A stretch of 63,181 nucleotides of DNA, the filler included, from Bdellovibrionota bacterium (GTDB lineage Bacteria > Bdellovibrionota > Bdellovibrionia > Bdellovibrionales > JAEYZS01): NCBI GenBank assembly GCA_963169515.1. It is 5 parts of 5 records of this genome, joined end to end, with 100 filler letters (N's around TTAATTAATTAA, not from the genome) between each part and the next. Parts side by side here need not be neighbours in the genome. Positions count along the whole stretch, not along the records: positions 1 to 31,135 come from CAUJEF010000019.1; 4 more parts are not named here. One strand, given 5' to 3'. Shown here one piece after another: positions 8,774 to 18,296 of this stretch (positions within the stretch are counted from its first letter, which is position 1; every line of letters starts with the position of its first letter). A model generated the notes under the pieces. It was not told the origin of the DNA. It saw only the letters and a list, made by a program, of their open reading frames with translations, and ran no database searches. Position numbers and translations under genes: made by a program.

Positions 8774-9481
8774 TTAGTCTTTGTGACTATGATCTTTTTC
8801 ATTTGCCTCTCCAAGCTCAAGCGATTTTCCAAAAAATTTGAGTTCTCGTTTTTGGCTGTCAAAATTTATAACAAGATAGCCTGCAAACATTATCATCGCC
8901 CCAACAAATAATAGCGCAACCAACGGTCGCGAATTTGAAATAGTTTCGTCAATAGGAACTTCTTTTTTTGATCCATCAATCATACTCATGGCAATACCGT
9001 CCCGATGTCGAAGAGAATGTAAGATAACTCCTGCAATATGCAGCAAAACAGCGATCAAGAACCCATTGGCAAAGAGCTCGTGAATATCTTCAAATTTTTC
9101 TTTTTGCCCGCTTGTCATCAAATAGCCCGTAAGCCCCAGTCCAATAGCCAAACCGAACATAATTACAGCCGTCCAGCTTGAGGCGGGGTTGTGTCCGGCC
9201 CATTTTTGCTTATCGCCAGAAAACATTCCTATAAAATAAGCTCCCAATTCTTTTGGATGAAGAGCAAAGGAAGAAAACTTCGCGTGCTTTGTCCCTATCG
9301 TCCCCCAAAAAATTCTTAACAGCACCACAAACCCAAGCAGTAGGCCTGCCAGCATATGATAAGTATAGGTCAGATCATCGTCGTCGACCGTTTTTGCAAT
9401 TAAAAATGCTGCAATAAAAAGCCCCGCAAAGGACCAGTGAAACATTCGTGTCGGTAGGTCATAGATAAGTTTATTTCTCAT
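8774..9481 (-). CDS. Cytochrome b (Ni/Fe-hydrogenase cyt b / b561-like)
   Basis: Start ATG 9481 after GGAG; YDLPTRMFHW, HMLAG, GHNP, HELFAN, HIAGV heme-ligating His. Confidence 0.9.
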   Translation of the reverse strand: MRNKLIYDLPTRMFHWSFAGLFIAAFLIAKTVDDDDLTYTYHMLAGLLLGFVVLLRIFWGTIGTKHAKFSSFALHPKELGAYFIGMFSGDKQKWAGHNPASSWTAVIMFGLAIGLGLTGYLMTSGQKEKFEDIHELFANGFLIAVLLHIAGVILHSLRHRDGIAMSMIDGSKKEVPIDETISNSRPLVALLFVGAMIMFAGYLVINFDSQKRELKFFGKSLELGEANEKDHSHKD

Positions 9482-9555
9482 ATTTGCTCCACTTCTGGAC
9501 GGATTTATGTTGCGCGTCCACGGGCACACATTCGTTTGGCTACCTCATTTTGGCT

Positions 9556-9609
9556 ATTGCCCAAATGACCTAAGAAGGCATTTTGAACAGAATGGGACAT
9601 TTGGACAAT
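9556..9609. promoter_or_regulatory. Inverted pair of 18-bp boxes between the divergent cyt b and PepSY genes (candidate LuxR operator)
   Basis: ATTGCCCAAATGACCTAA (9556-9573) versus reverse complement of 9592-9609, ATTGTCCAAATGTCCCAT. Confidence 0.5.
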
Positions 9610-9683
9610 GGCAAATCTTAGAGTATTTTGCTAGTGTTTGCAGAGCACGGGAATCAACTCGTTGCGCAAAACAGGAGAACATA

Positions 9684-9947
9684 ATGAAAGGGCTAATTTT
9701 GATCGCTACTTTGATAGTAGTAGGAAACGCAGCATATGCGAAAAAAAACTGTACCGATCAACCAAAAGACAAATGGATGAAGGAATCCGATTTTATGAAG
9801 CGTCTTGAAGGCGAGGGCTACAAAATCCGAAAATTCAAGCAGCCTGGCACTTGTTACGAGATCTACGGCACGAATAAAGACGGCAAAAGTGTCGAGATTT
9901 ACTTCAACCCTGTCGATGGATCGATAGTAAAAGAAGAAATTGAATAA
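9684..9947 (+). CDS. Secreted PepSY-domain protein
   Basis: Start ATG 9684 after AGGAG; signal peptide; CT..PK.KW, CYEIYG...VEIYFNPVDG PepSY_2 signature. Confidence 0.9.
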   Translation: MKGLILIATLIVVGNAAYAKKNCTDQPKDKWMKESDFMKRLEGEGYKIRKFKQPGTCYEIYGTNKDGKSVEIYFNPVDGSIVKEEIE

Positions 9948-9957
9948 ATCGCCCTAT

Positions 9958-9990
9958 AAAAAAGGCTCGGGAATTTTAAGTTCCCGAGCC
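9958..9990 (-). terminator. Rho-independent terminator with U-tract on the minus strand
   Basis: GGCTCGGGAA-7-nt loop-TTCCCGAGCC, followed by T6 on the minus strand. Confidence 0.8.
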
Positions 9991-10080
9991 CGCGGCAACC
10001 CTGTACTCTAGAGTTTATTGACTTTAAGGAGCAACCAACACAGGGTCAATTAGACCAAGGTCTTGATATTGAATCGCCAG
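9958..10080 (-). ncRNA. Candidate sRNA with a CUCCUU anti-SD loop
   Basis: Minus-strand terminator with no upstream minus-strand ORF; stem GACCCTGT/ACAGGGTT enclosing GCTCCTTAAAG; 5' end is a guess. Confidence 0.35.
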
Positions 10081-10149
10081 TGGTGCTATATATTTAATTG
10101 GCCTGCAGGGCAAAATTCAGTATAAAAACCTATAAACTCCAGGGATTTT

Positions 10150-10785
10150 GTGAATTCATTTAGTCACCTTACAGAAGGTTATAAGTCGAATAAACAGGTA
10201 TCGCTTCGGCTTGCTATTCTCGGCGCCCCAAGCGCGGGCAAATCAACGCTTGCTGCAGGGTTATTGTATTTTAGTAAATTATTTTTCTTTAAAGCTGACG
10301 CTGTTCCGGAAGTGGCAAAATGGCATTATTACAAAGGAACAGACTTTACACATCAGGACTTTGAAGAACGTAAGTTCAATGAGCAAAAAGAACTTGAAGA
10401 CATTTACCCAAACAAACGGGATATTCTCATTTGTGAAGCGCCACTTGTGATTAGCGCCGTTTATGCCTCGTTTTATTATGATGACGAACACCCGCTGACA
10501 AAAAAAATGTTAGAGCTCGCAAGGCAATCTAAACATCGCTATACGCACTATATTGTGTCTCGAAAACTCGTCCAGTTCGAAACATTTGGCCGAAATGAAA
10601 ACGAAGAACAATGTGAGGCTCTGCACCTGCGAACACTTCAGGTTTTGGAAAAGTTAGGGCTAAATTATATTGTCGTAAATCGATATGATGAACATATACC
10701 ACTACAAATACTTTCCATGGTGGGAGCAATCCATAAATATAATAGCGATGTCATTGAAACACAGCCTCGAGGTTTAGATTTATGA
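10150..10785 (+). CDS. P-loop NTPase/kinase, NadR/AAA_28-like
   Basis: GAPSAGKST, VPEVAK, ILICEAPL, FETFGR lid-like motif. Confidence 0.75.
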   Translation: MNSFSHLTEGYKSNKQVSLRLAILGAPSAGKSTLAAGLLYFSKLFFFKADAVPEVAKWHYYKGTDFTHQDFEERKFNEQKELEDIYPNKRDILICEAPLVISAVYASFYYDDEHPLTKKMLELARQSKHRYTHYIVSRKLVQFETFGRNENEEQCEALHLRTLQVLEKLGLNYIVVNRYDEHIPLQILSMVGAIHKYNSDVIETQPRGLDL

Positions 10786-11186
10786 ACAAAAATAATGACA
10801 GCCATAATCTTCTTATTGGATATTTGGCTTGGATTTTTGGTTTTATGGGTGCACATCGATTTTATTACGGAAAGCCTAAATCAGGAACGCTTTATTTTTT
10901 TACACTCGGGCTACTCGGGATTGGGTGGGTTGTTGATTTCTTTTTGATTCCTTCTATGGAAAAAGAAGCCGATCGAAGGTTTGTTGATGGACCAACGGAC
11001 TATTCCATAGCGTGGCTATTTCTTATTTATCTTGGAATTTTTGGCGTTCACAGAATGTATATGGGAAAATGGGTTTCTGGCTTCGTGTACTTGCTGTCTG
11101 GAGGCATATTTGGCATCGGATGGTTGTATGACCTTTGGACCTTAAATTCTCAAATCAGCGAAGTAAATGTAGCGAACAAAACGTAG
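10782..11186 (+). CDS. Tandem TM2-domain membrane protein
   Basis: GAHRFYYGK...GWVVD and GVHRMYMGK...GWLYD repeats. Confidence 0.92.
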   Translation: MNKNNDSHNLLIGYLAWIFGFMGAHRFYYGKPKSGTLYFFTLGLLGIGWVVDFFLIPSMEKEADRRFVDGPTDYSIAWLFLIYLGIFGVHRMYMGKWVSGFVYLLSGGIFGIGWLYDLWTLNSQISEVNVANKT

Positions 11187-11197
11187 CGAAATCTCTA

Positions 11198-11698
11198 TTA
11201 AAACTTGATATTAATTCTTTTCGGCTTGGGCTTCGATATAGACGCGGGGGCCCTGTCCGACTTTAATGGCTTTAGAGATTTATTTTGTACGTATTTTGCC
11301 GGATAGCAGATGCTAACCTTTGCCGTACAGCCATTGGAATCCATGATCTCGCGTATTGATCCAAGCTGGTCTGGACACTCCCGAATTGATTTCCCGCTTG
11401 CATTCCCTTTTCGAATATCACGTTGAAAATCTGAAATAAATTTTTCCAACTGTGTATTTGAGCCATCCGAAAGCTCAAGGCGACAAACAGGGCCGTGTTC
11501 TTTAAGACTGTTGCACGCCTTAAAATATTCTGCATGGACCGTAACGGGACCTTTAAGGTCATCGTAAGACGTGGCACACTCATACATATACTTGCGGCTG
11601 GCAACTTTTTTGACTGAACGAATGCGTGCTCCTTTTGAAGCCTCGGCCCCAACTTCGAACGCAAACAGAATCAAGATCAAGCAAAGAACTAATCTCAT
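11198..11698 (-). CDS. Secreted Cys-rich hypothetical protein
   Basis: Signal peptide, six Cys in the mature part, RAPAS motif near the C-terminus. Confidence 0.75.
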   Translation of the reverse strand: MRLVLCLILILFAFEVGAEASKGARIRSVKKVASRKYMYECATSYDDLKGPVTVHAEYFKACNSLKEHGPVCRLELSDGSNTQLEKFISDFQRDIRKGNASGKSIRECPDQLGSIREIMDSNGCTAKVSICYPAKYVQNKSLKPLKSDRAPASISKPKPKRINIKF

Positions 11699-11757
11699 TT
11701 GTTTATTTTTATCGGTTTAAATAGAGTTAAAACAAAGCCCCTTTCGGCTGCCTTGTT

Positions 11758-12078
11758 TCATTCTGAGACAGAAAGTTTTTTATTGATATCAGAAATCAGC
11801 ACTTTTAAGTTATCAAAAAGTGCCTCAATGTCTGCAAAGTCATTTTGTCGTGCTTTGATTTCTATTTCTGCGCAAACCTCATAGGCCTTAACAAATCCAC
11901 AATGACTTAAGTTTAATTTAAGTGTTTGCGCAGAAAAAATAAGTTGATCACGCCTTTTAAAACGTATGGACTCATGAATGTACTTCATGTGCTTCCCATG
12001 ATCTTGGTTGAATTTTTCAAGCGGCTGTCGCGTGAAAAGATCTTCTTCTAAGGTGTGTTCAAGCTTCTTAGCCTTAAT
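11758..12078 (-). CDS. Hpt-like four-helix protein lacking the phospho-His; probable ATT start
   Basis: Frame is open upstream of ATG 11988 to ATT 12078, 6 nt after AGGAGG; AQTLKLNLSHCG...CAEIEIKAR resembles the Hpt AHxLKG...CxxLE pattern with H>Q. Confidence 0.55.
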   Translation of the reverse strand: MKAKKLEHTLEEDLFTRQPLEKFNQDHGKHMKYIHESIRFKRRDQLIFSAQTLKLNLSHCGFVKAYEVCAEIEIKARQNDFADIEALFDNLKVLISDINKKLSVSE

Positions 12079-12231
12079 AACAACCCTCCTCGTCGATTCC
12101 GACGACTACCCCACACGTTTTTATTATAACTTATCGGAAGATTTTTAGAAGTCGCATCAAAAATTAGTGTCTCAAAATATGTCTATGCAGAATTATGTTG
12201 CCCATAGGTTCTACAAAAATTTCAAGATGCG

Positions 12232-13506
12232 CTATTTGATTTCTTTAAATCCATTCATATAAGGCGCCAATACCTCAGGGATTTCAACGGTGCCGTCTTC
12301 CCTCTGATAGTTTTCTAAAACTGCAATCCACGTTCGGCCCACGGCTAAGCCAGAGCCATTGAGTGTATGAACAAACCTTGGCTTCCCCCCGTCTTTTGGA
12401 CGAAAACGTATATTTGCTCTGCGCGCTTGAAACTCTTCGCAGTTGGACACCGAGCTGATCTCTCGGTATGCGTTTTGTCCAGGAAGCCAAACCTCAAGGT
12501 CATATGTTTTTGCAGACGAAAATCCAATATCTCGGGTGCACAGAGCCACAACTCGATATGGCAAATTTAGTTTCTGTAAAATATTTTCTGCGTTTTTCGT
12601 CATTTTTTCGTGCTCTTCGTAGGAGCTCTCTGGGTGGGACAGCTTCACGAGCTCGACCTTGTGGAACTGGTGTTGTCGAATAAGGCCCTTTGTATCTTTT
12701 CCGTAACTTCCCGCCTCAGATCGAAAGCATGGCGTAAACGCTGTTAAGCATATTGGTAGATCTTCTTCTTTTAAAATTTCATCTTGATGGTAATTGGTAA
12801 GGGGAGTCTCTGCGGTCGGAATCAGATGGTAGTCTGTTCCTTGTAAGTGAAAAACGTCTTCGCGGAATTTAGGAAATTGCCCGGTTCCAAACATTGCGTT
12901 CGAATTCACCATGTAAGGCGGAACCGTCTCTGTATAGCCGGCCCCGGTCTGTTCGTCGATCATAAATTGAATCAGTGCGCGCTCTAGTTTAGCGCCAAGA
13001 CCATTTAAAATTGCAAATCGTGCTCCCGCAATTTTTCCCGCTCGTTCAAAATCTAATATTTTAAGCCTTCCGCCAATCTCATCATGCTCTTTTGGTTTGA
13101 AAGAAAACTTTCGCTGTTCCCCCCACCGCCGAACTTCTTTATTGTCTACCTCAGATTTTCCAATGGGAACTGTTTTGTGAACATGGTTCGGTAAACTGGC
13201 CAGATAGCCTTTGATTTCCTCTTCACTTTTTGTCTGTCGTGCCTCTAATTCTTTGATTTCATCGGAAAGCCTCTTCAGATAACCCAGTTTTTCTGTCGCA
13301 TCTTGTTTTTCTTTTTTTAACCTGGCAATTTCTTGGCTGGCTCTATTTTGTTCTGCTTTTTTTGTTTCGACCGCCGTGATCGCCTTTTTCCGTTCCTGAT
13401 TCAGAGCAATAATTTGGTCCAATATGGAAACATCTCCGCCCCGATTTTTCAAACTGGACTTATAGTAATCCAAATAGTCTGTCTCAAGAGCTTTTAAATC
13501 TAACAT
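12232..13506 (-). CDS. serS: Serine--tRNA ligase
   Basis: [47 protein letters not shown]. Confidence 0.99.
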   Translation of the reverse strand: MLDLKALETDYLDYYKSSLKNRGGDVSILDQIIALNQERKKAITAVETKKAEQNRASQEIARLKKEKQDATEKLGYLKRLSDEIKELEARQTKSEEEIKGYLASLPNHVHKTVPIGKSEVDNKEVRRWGEQRKFSFKPKEHDEIGGRLKILDFERAGKIAGARFAILNGLGAKLERALIQFMIDEQTGAGYTETVPPYMVNSNAMFGTGQFPKFREDVFHLQGTDYHLIPTAETPLTNYHQDEILKEEDLPICLTAFTPCFRSEAGSYGKDTKGLIRQHQFHKVELVKLSHPESSYEEHEKMTKNAENILQKLNLPYRVVALCTRDIGFSSAKTYDLEVWLPGQNAYREISSVSNCEEFQARRANIRFRPKDGGKPRFVHTLNGSGLAVGRTWIAVLENYQREDGTVEIPEVLAPYMNGFKEIK

Positions 13507-13803
13507 CTAATTCCCTGGGGCTATGTGAATATAAAGTTTTAATAAAAGCCCTATTAACAGGCAAATAAAAATGAAGACTCCAGTTCCTGTTAATTTCCAA
13601 AACTTACTGAGTTTCATGAATACGGTCGTCGTAACCATAATTACAAACCAGAACAGAAACTGCCCATAATTGAAAATTTCTTGAGCAATCATGGTGAGCG
13701 CAAGACCCAAAATAAACCCTGTAAAAAGTTTTAAGCTGATCAACCCAATTGTCGCAGAACTTTTTTTTATTTGAAATTGCATATTCTCTAACATTTGACC
13801 CAT
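13507..13803 (-). CDS. Small three-TM membrane protein
   Basis: Three hydrophobic helices; tightly coupled between the TPR gene and serS. Confidence 0.8.
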   Translation of the reverse strand: MGQMLENMQFQIKKSSATIGLISLKLFTGFILGLALTMIAQEIFNYGQFLFWFVIMVTTTVFMKLSKFWKLTGTGVFIFICLLIGLLLKLYIHIAPGN

Positions 13804-13805
13804 CC

Positions 13806-16625
13806 TTACCCCCCCCCGACGGAAAGATTTTCCATTTTTTGTTGTATAAACCCTCTATCGGCCGCGTTTGGCTTTAGTTGTAAATACTTTTCATATGCCG
13901 TTGCTGCTTCGTCAATTAAACCTTTTTTTTCAAAGATCGCTCCCTGTTCCTTATACACCTCTGGATTGCCCGACTCTTTGGATGCTGCGATTTTTATCAT
14001 GCTAATCGCAATATCAATTTGCCCTGCCAGTCTATAAGACCTTGCCGCCAAAATATAGAGGCTTGCGTCGTTTGGTTGCAATTTTATTGCGCGTCCAAAT
14101 TCTTGTGAGGCCGACAAATAGTTTCCCTCAGCCATTTGTGCCTCGCCAACTAAAATATATGCCTCTGGAAGATTTGGATTCATTCTTTTTTCTTGGGTCC
14201 CAAACTCGATAGCCTTTTTGTTATCACCCATTTTTAAAGCCGCCTTTCCCATATAATAATAGGCAAGGGGATAATTTGGATTCACACGAGCTACTTTTTG
14301 AAAATATTGAATTGCTTGACTCGCTGTTTTGTCGTTTTCGCTATAAAGAATTCCTATCAAAAATGTTGCTTCGGCATTGGATGGATCAAGGCCCCCCGCT
14401 TGAAGATATGATTTTAGAGCTTTAGTAATATCTCCTGTGGCTTTATAAGCATTTCCCAGTAGTATCAACGCATCTGCATTTTCTGGCTCAAGTTGTATCA
14501 CGCCCTCCAAAGTTTGTGCCGCATAATCATATTTTTGGTCATTAAAATAAATTTTTGCCAAGGAAAATCTGTAGGCAGCCACGCTTGGGTATGAGCTAAT
14601 CAAGCCCTTCAAGTATTCTTCTGCCGCTCGAACGCTTTGTGCTTGAGCCAAAACCATGGCGTATGTTTCTTGAACATCGAAATTCTTCCCTTCAAGCTCA
14701 AGCGCTCGGGCTGCGTATTGGTAGGCTTTCCCATACTCTAAAATTTTCAAATGTGCTTTTGCCAAAATCAAATGGGACACTATGTCGGTGTCATAGAGTT
14801 TAATGGCCTTTTGAGCTTGAGGTATTGCTCCCTTAAAATTATTCCTACGATATTCAAGCTGAGCCAGACCTCGATAAATCAAATAATGGTTCGGAGACTG
14901 TTTAATTGCCTGGCTTAAATAATTTATGGCGACCTTAAAGTCATACCGTTGTGAATAATAATCAGAAATTTCATAGTACGCTTCAATAAACTTTGGGTCG
15001 GAAACAATTGCTTTTTTGGCCCATTCAATGGCCTCTAAGCTTTGATGAATTTTCCACAAGCTCTGTGATGCTTTTAAAGCCGCCTGAGCGTTTTTATGAT
15101 TAATTTCGTAGGCAGATTTAAACTCGGCCTGGGCGGCAAGGTAATTTCCCGTCTTCATATACTGCTCGCCAAGCGCCATCAATTCGTCTTCCTGTGATTG
15201 AAGACTGTTAAGCTCCCCCTGGCCCCCGATCTGCACGATCAAGTCTCTCATATCAACATTTGTCGGATCCATCCGGAAGGCCCGCTTTGCATATTCCAAT
15301 GCCTTTGTTTTCTTATCTGTCCTCTGATAATACGCCGCTAAGGCAGAGTACCCTGCAACGGCCGTTATTCGTGAAACTTTATCTTCCTGCAGTCCGGCAG
15401 AGATCAAATCCAGAGCTTGATCAGGATGTTGAAAATCAAATAATTCTAAAATTCCCAGTTGAATTTTTGCCTCTGCATGTTTGGGGTTAGAGCTTAAAAC
15501 AAATCTTAAGATCTTTGCTGATGTCGCCGCATCCCCTGCTCGCTTTCGATATATTGCCTCAGCAAAAAATGGTTTCAGCCACCCCGCCCACAACGTTTGT
15601 GTTTTTTGTAAGTTTTGAATCGCCAGCTCATAATTTTTTTGATCCCCAAGCAATTCACCCTTCATTTCGTAAAATACTGCCGCCATCGGTTGCTCTGCCA
15701 ACACAGATTGAATAATCGCATCTGCATTCTCATACTGTCCTCGCACTATCGCTTGAACGGCTCGGCAGGTGGCCCCATTTATCCCCGCTGGATCATAACC
15801 AACCGCTTGTTGAACCGCTTGGGTGAGAACGCGTATATCATCTACGTCTTGATGTGAAAACTCCCACAACTCACGATACGTTAGGCACAAAACGGCCCAG
15901 GCCTCTGACAACGACGGCTCGCTTTCCAAAACACTTACGAGAATGTTTTGTGCCTTTAGATAATCTTTAAACGAATCATTTTGAAAATTAAGATATGCAA
16001 CCCGTAATCGTTCTTTTTGTTTTGCAACAGAAAGTCCGCTGCCCTTTTTTTGTGGTAAAATCAAGTGTACTTTTTTATCTATATCCACAGGACTATCGTC
16101 GTCATTTATAAAAATCCCCACAAGAACAGCAAATAGCCCGATTATTAAAATGATCCGCACAAGGTTATCTTTTACAGCGCGCGTCCTAATTTCCATAGAG
16201 CTTTTTAAATCAATTGTTACTGCGTCTAAAATATGCTTCTTTTTTTTCTTCTTGCCTCTGTTGTCCTGTGGCACTGCATAGCTTTTTTTTAAAGGCCTCG
16301 TTGGTGCGTCTGCGACCACAGTTGATCTTTGAGTATCGCTTTTTATGCCAGTATCTAAAATCTTTGTCCCGGAAATAGAGGATGTGAGTTCTTTTTCTTT
16401 TTGGGCTGCTGTTATTGTGTCTGATTCATTGGCCAGAGCTTGAATCAACGTATCGTAAAATTCGACGTATGCTGAAATCATCTTAAAGTCGTTTGTCATA
16501 TGGGGGGCAACGAACTCGTCCCCATCCACAACGCCCTTCCTTATTAGCTCTTGAAGTTTTGGCGTAACGAACGGACCATATATGCGGCCATTACTATCTT
16601 TTAGTGTCCACTTTTTTTCATCCAT
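13806..16625 (-). CDS. Large membrane-anchored TPR protein with N-terminal GYF_2-like domain
   Basis: WTLKDSNGRIYGPF N-terminus, TM helix near residues 155-172, then many TPR repeats. Confidence 0.88.
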   Translation of the reverse strand: MDEKKWTLKDSNGRIYGPFVTPKLQELIRKGVVDGDEFVAPHMTNDFKMISAYVEFYDTLIQALANESDTITAAQKEKELTSSISGTKILDTGIKSDTQRSTVVADAPTRPLKKSYAVPQDNRGKKKKKKHILDAVTIDLKSSMEIRTRAVKDNLVRIILIIGLFAVLVGIFINDDDSPVDIDKKVHLILPQKKGSGLSVAKQKERLRVAYLNFQNDSFKDYLKAQNILVSVLESEPSLSEAWAVLCLTYRELWEFSHQDVDDIRVLTQAVQQAVGYDPAGINGATCRAVQAIVRGQYENADAIIQSVLAEQPMAAVFYEMKGELLGDQKNYELAIQNLQKTQTLWAGWLKPFFAEAIYRKRAGDAATSAKILRFVLSSNPKHAEAKIQLGILELFDFQHPDQALDLISAGLQEDKVSRITAVAGYSALAAYYQRTDKKTKALEYAKRAFRMDPTNVDMRDLIVQIGGQGELNSLQSQEDELMALGEQYMKTGNYLAAQAEFKSAYEINHKNAQAALKASQSLWKIHQSLEAIEWAKKAIVSDPKFIEAYYEISDYYSQRYDFKVAINYLSQAIKQSPNHYLIYRGLAQLEYRRNNFKGAIPQAQKAIKLYDTDIVSHLILAKAHLKILEYGKAYQYAARALELEGKNFDVQETYAMVLAQAQSVRAAEEYLKGLISSYPSVAAYRFSLAKIYFNDQKYDYAAQTLEGVIQLEPENADALILLGNAYKATGDITKALKSYLQAGGLDPSNAEATFLIGILYSENDKTASQAIQYFQKVARVNPNYPLAYYYMGKAALKMGDNKKAIEFGTQEKRMNPNLPEAYILVGEAQMAEGNYLSASQEFGRAIKLQPNDASLYILAARSYRLAGQIDIAISMIKIAASKESGNPEVYKEQGAIFEKKGLIDEAATAYEKYLQLKPNAADRGFIQQKMENLSVGGG

Positions 16626-16972
16626 TACGCAAACTTATGACCCATTGTTTGTTTTGCCAACAAGTGTACGTGCAAATGAAAAACCGATTGCCCGCCCTGT
16701 TTCCCTGTGTTGATAACCGTTCGAAAACCATCTTCTTTAATTTTTTCTTTCTCTGCCACTTTTAAAATTGCTGAGTAAATATCAGAAATGACGCTTAGGG
16801 AGCCCACTTGTGCTAAAGAATTCACATGGTTTGTCGGTACAAACAGATAATGAAGTGGCGCCAATGGTGATAAATCTTTAAACGCGAGCACTTTTTCATC
16901 GCGATAAACGATATCTGCTGGGATGTCTCCCCTAATGATCTTACAAAAGATGCAATCTGATTTTAAGTCCAC
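16625..16972 (-). CDS. hinT: Histidine triad (HIT) nucleotide-binding protein
   Basis: GTG start 16972 after CGGAGG; DCIFCKII, GGQSVFHLHVH. Confidence 0.93.
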   Translation of the reverse strand: MDLKSDCIFCKIIRGDIPADIVYRDEKVLAFKDLSPLAPLHYLFVPTNHVNSLAQVGSLSVISDIYSAILKVAEKEKIKEDGFRTVINTGKQGGQSVFHLHVHLLAKQTMGHKFA

Positions 16973-17039
16973 GATCGCCTCCGAGGGTTGATCCGATGTT
17001 ATACACATTTATTGTTTCATTCGAAAATTTTGAAGTCAA

Positions 17040-18296
17040 TTAACCTCTGATTCGGGACACTTTTGCTCCCAAAGATTCCAGCTTCTTCTCGAGACGTTCA
17101 TACCCGCGATCAAGATGATAAACACGCGCCACTTCGGTCTCCCCTTCAGCAACTAAGCCTGCCAAAATCAGAGACGCGCTGGCCCTTAAATCGGTAGCCA
17201 TCACGGGCGCCCCCTTGAGTCCGCCCTTTCGTCCGCGGACAACTGCGACTTGTGTTCGGTGGGCAATGTTTGCATTGAGACGATTTAATTCTTGAACGTG
17301 CATGAAGCGATTTTCAAAAATACTCTCAGTTATGATGCTTGTTCCTTCTGCTTGGGTCATGAGCGCCATAAACTGTGCTTGCAAATCCGTTGCAAATCCG
17401 GGGAATGGAGCTGTTGTTACATCGGTCCCGTTCCAGCCCTTGCATCTATGTACTGTGATTGTATCCGCCTCTGAAGAAATATTAAATCCGCTTTCACGCA
17501 TCTTAAATGTTAGAGCCTCAAGGTGTTGCGGAACACAATTGGTAACCGTGACCTCGCCCCCGGTAATAGCTCCCGCAATTAAAAGTGTTCCGGCTTCGAT
17601 CCGATCTGGGATAACGGTGTGTTCCGCTGGACATAGCTTTTCAACGCCTTGGATTTTTAAAATACTTGTCGTGCGGCCTTGAATTTTTGCCCCCATTTTA
17701 TTGAGTAAATCTACAAGGTCCGTTACCTCTGGCTCTTTTGCCGCGTTTTCAATAATTGTTTCGCCTTCGGCAAGAACTGCCGCCATAATTACATTTTCGG
17801 TCCCCCCCACCGTTACACCATCAAAAACAATATTCCCACCTCGCAATTTTTTTACTTTGGCATGAACATAACCATCTTGAATATCAAGTTCTGCGCCCAA
17901 AACTTTCATCGCATCAAGGTGCTTGTCAATTGGCCGGGTTCCAATGGCGCAGCCTCCTGGCAGGCTGACAATGGCTTCTCCATAACGAGCGAGTAGCGGC
18001 CCCAAGCAGAGAATCCCTGCACGCATCTTTCGAACTAAATCGTAAGGGGCTCTGTGATCTCTGACATCTTTTACGCTTACAATATATTTATCTCCGTCAC
18101 GAGCCGCAATCGCACCCAAGTGCCCCAAAAGTTCTCTGGTTGAATCTATATCTTTTAAATCAGGAATGTTTTTAAAAATAAATTTGCCATCACAAAGCAA
18201 CGTAGCAAACAACAACGGAAGGGCCGAGTTCTTTGATCCGCTTGTATGAACTTGGCCATTTAAAACTTCCCCGCCTTGTACAATTATTCTATCCAT
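17040..18296 (-). CDS. murA: UDP-N-acetylglucosamine 1-carboxyvinyltransferase
   Basis: [39 protein letters not shown]. Confidence 0.99.
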   Translation of the reverse strand: MDRIIVQGGEVLNGQVHTSGSKNSALPLLFATLLCDGKFIFKNIPDLKDIDSTRELLGHLGAIAARDGDKYIVSVKDVRDHRAPYDLVRKMRAGILCLGPLLARYGEAIVSLPGGCAIGTRPIDKHLDAMKVLGAELDIQDGYVHAKVKKLRGGNIVFDGVTVGGTENVIMAAVLAEGETIIENAAKEPEVTDLVDLLNKMGAKIQGRTTSILKIQGVEKLCPAEHTVIPDRIEAGTLLIAGAITGGEVTVTNCVPQHLEALTFKMRESGFNISSEADTITVHRCKGWNGTDVTTAPFPGFATDLQAQFMALMTQAEGTSIITESIFENRFMHVQELNRLNANIAHRTQVAVVRGRKGGLKGAPVMATDLRASASLILAGLVAEGETEVARVYHLDRGYERLEKKLESLGAKVSRIRG

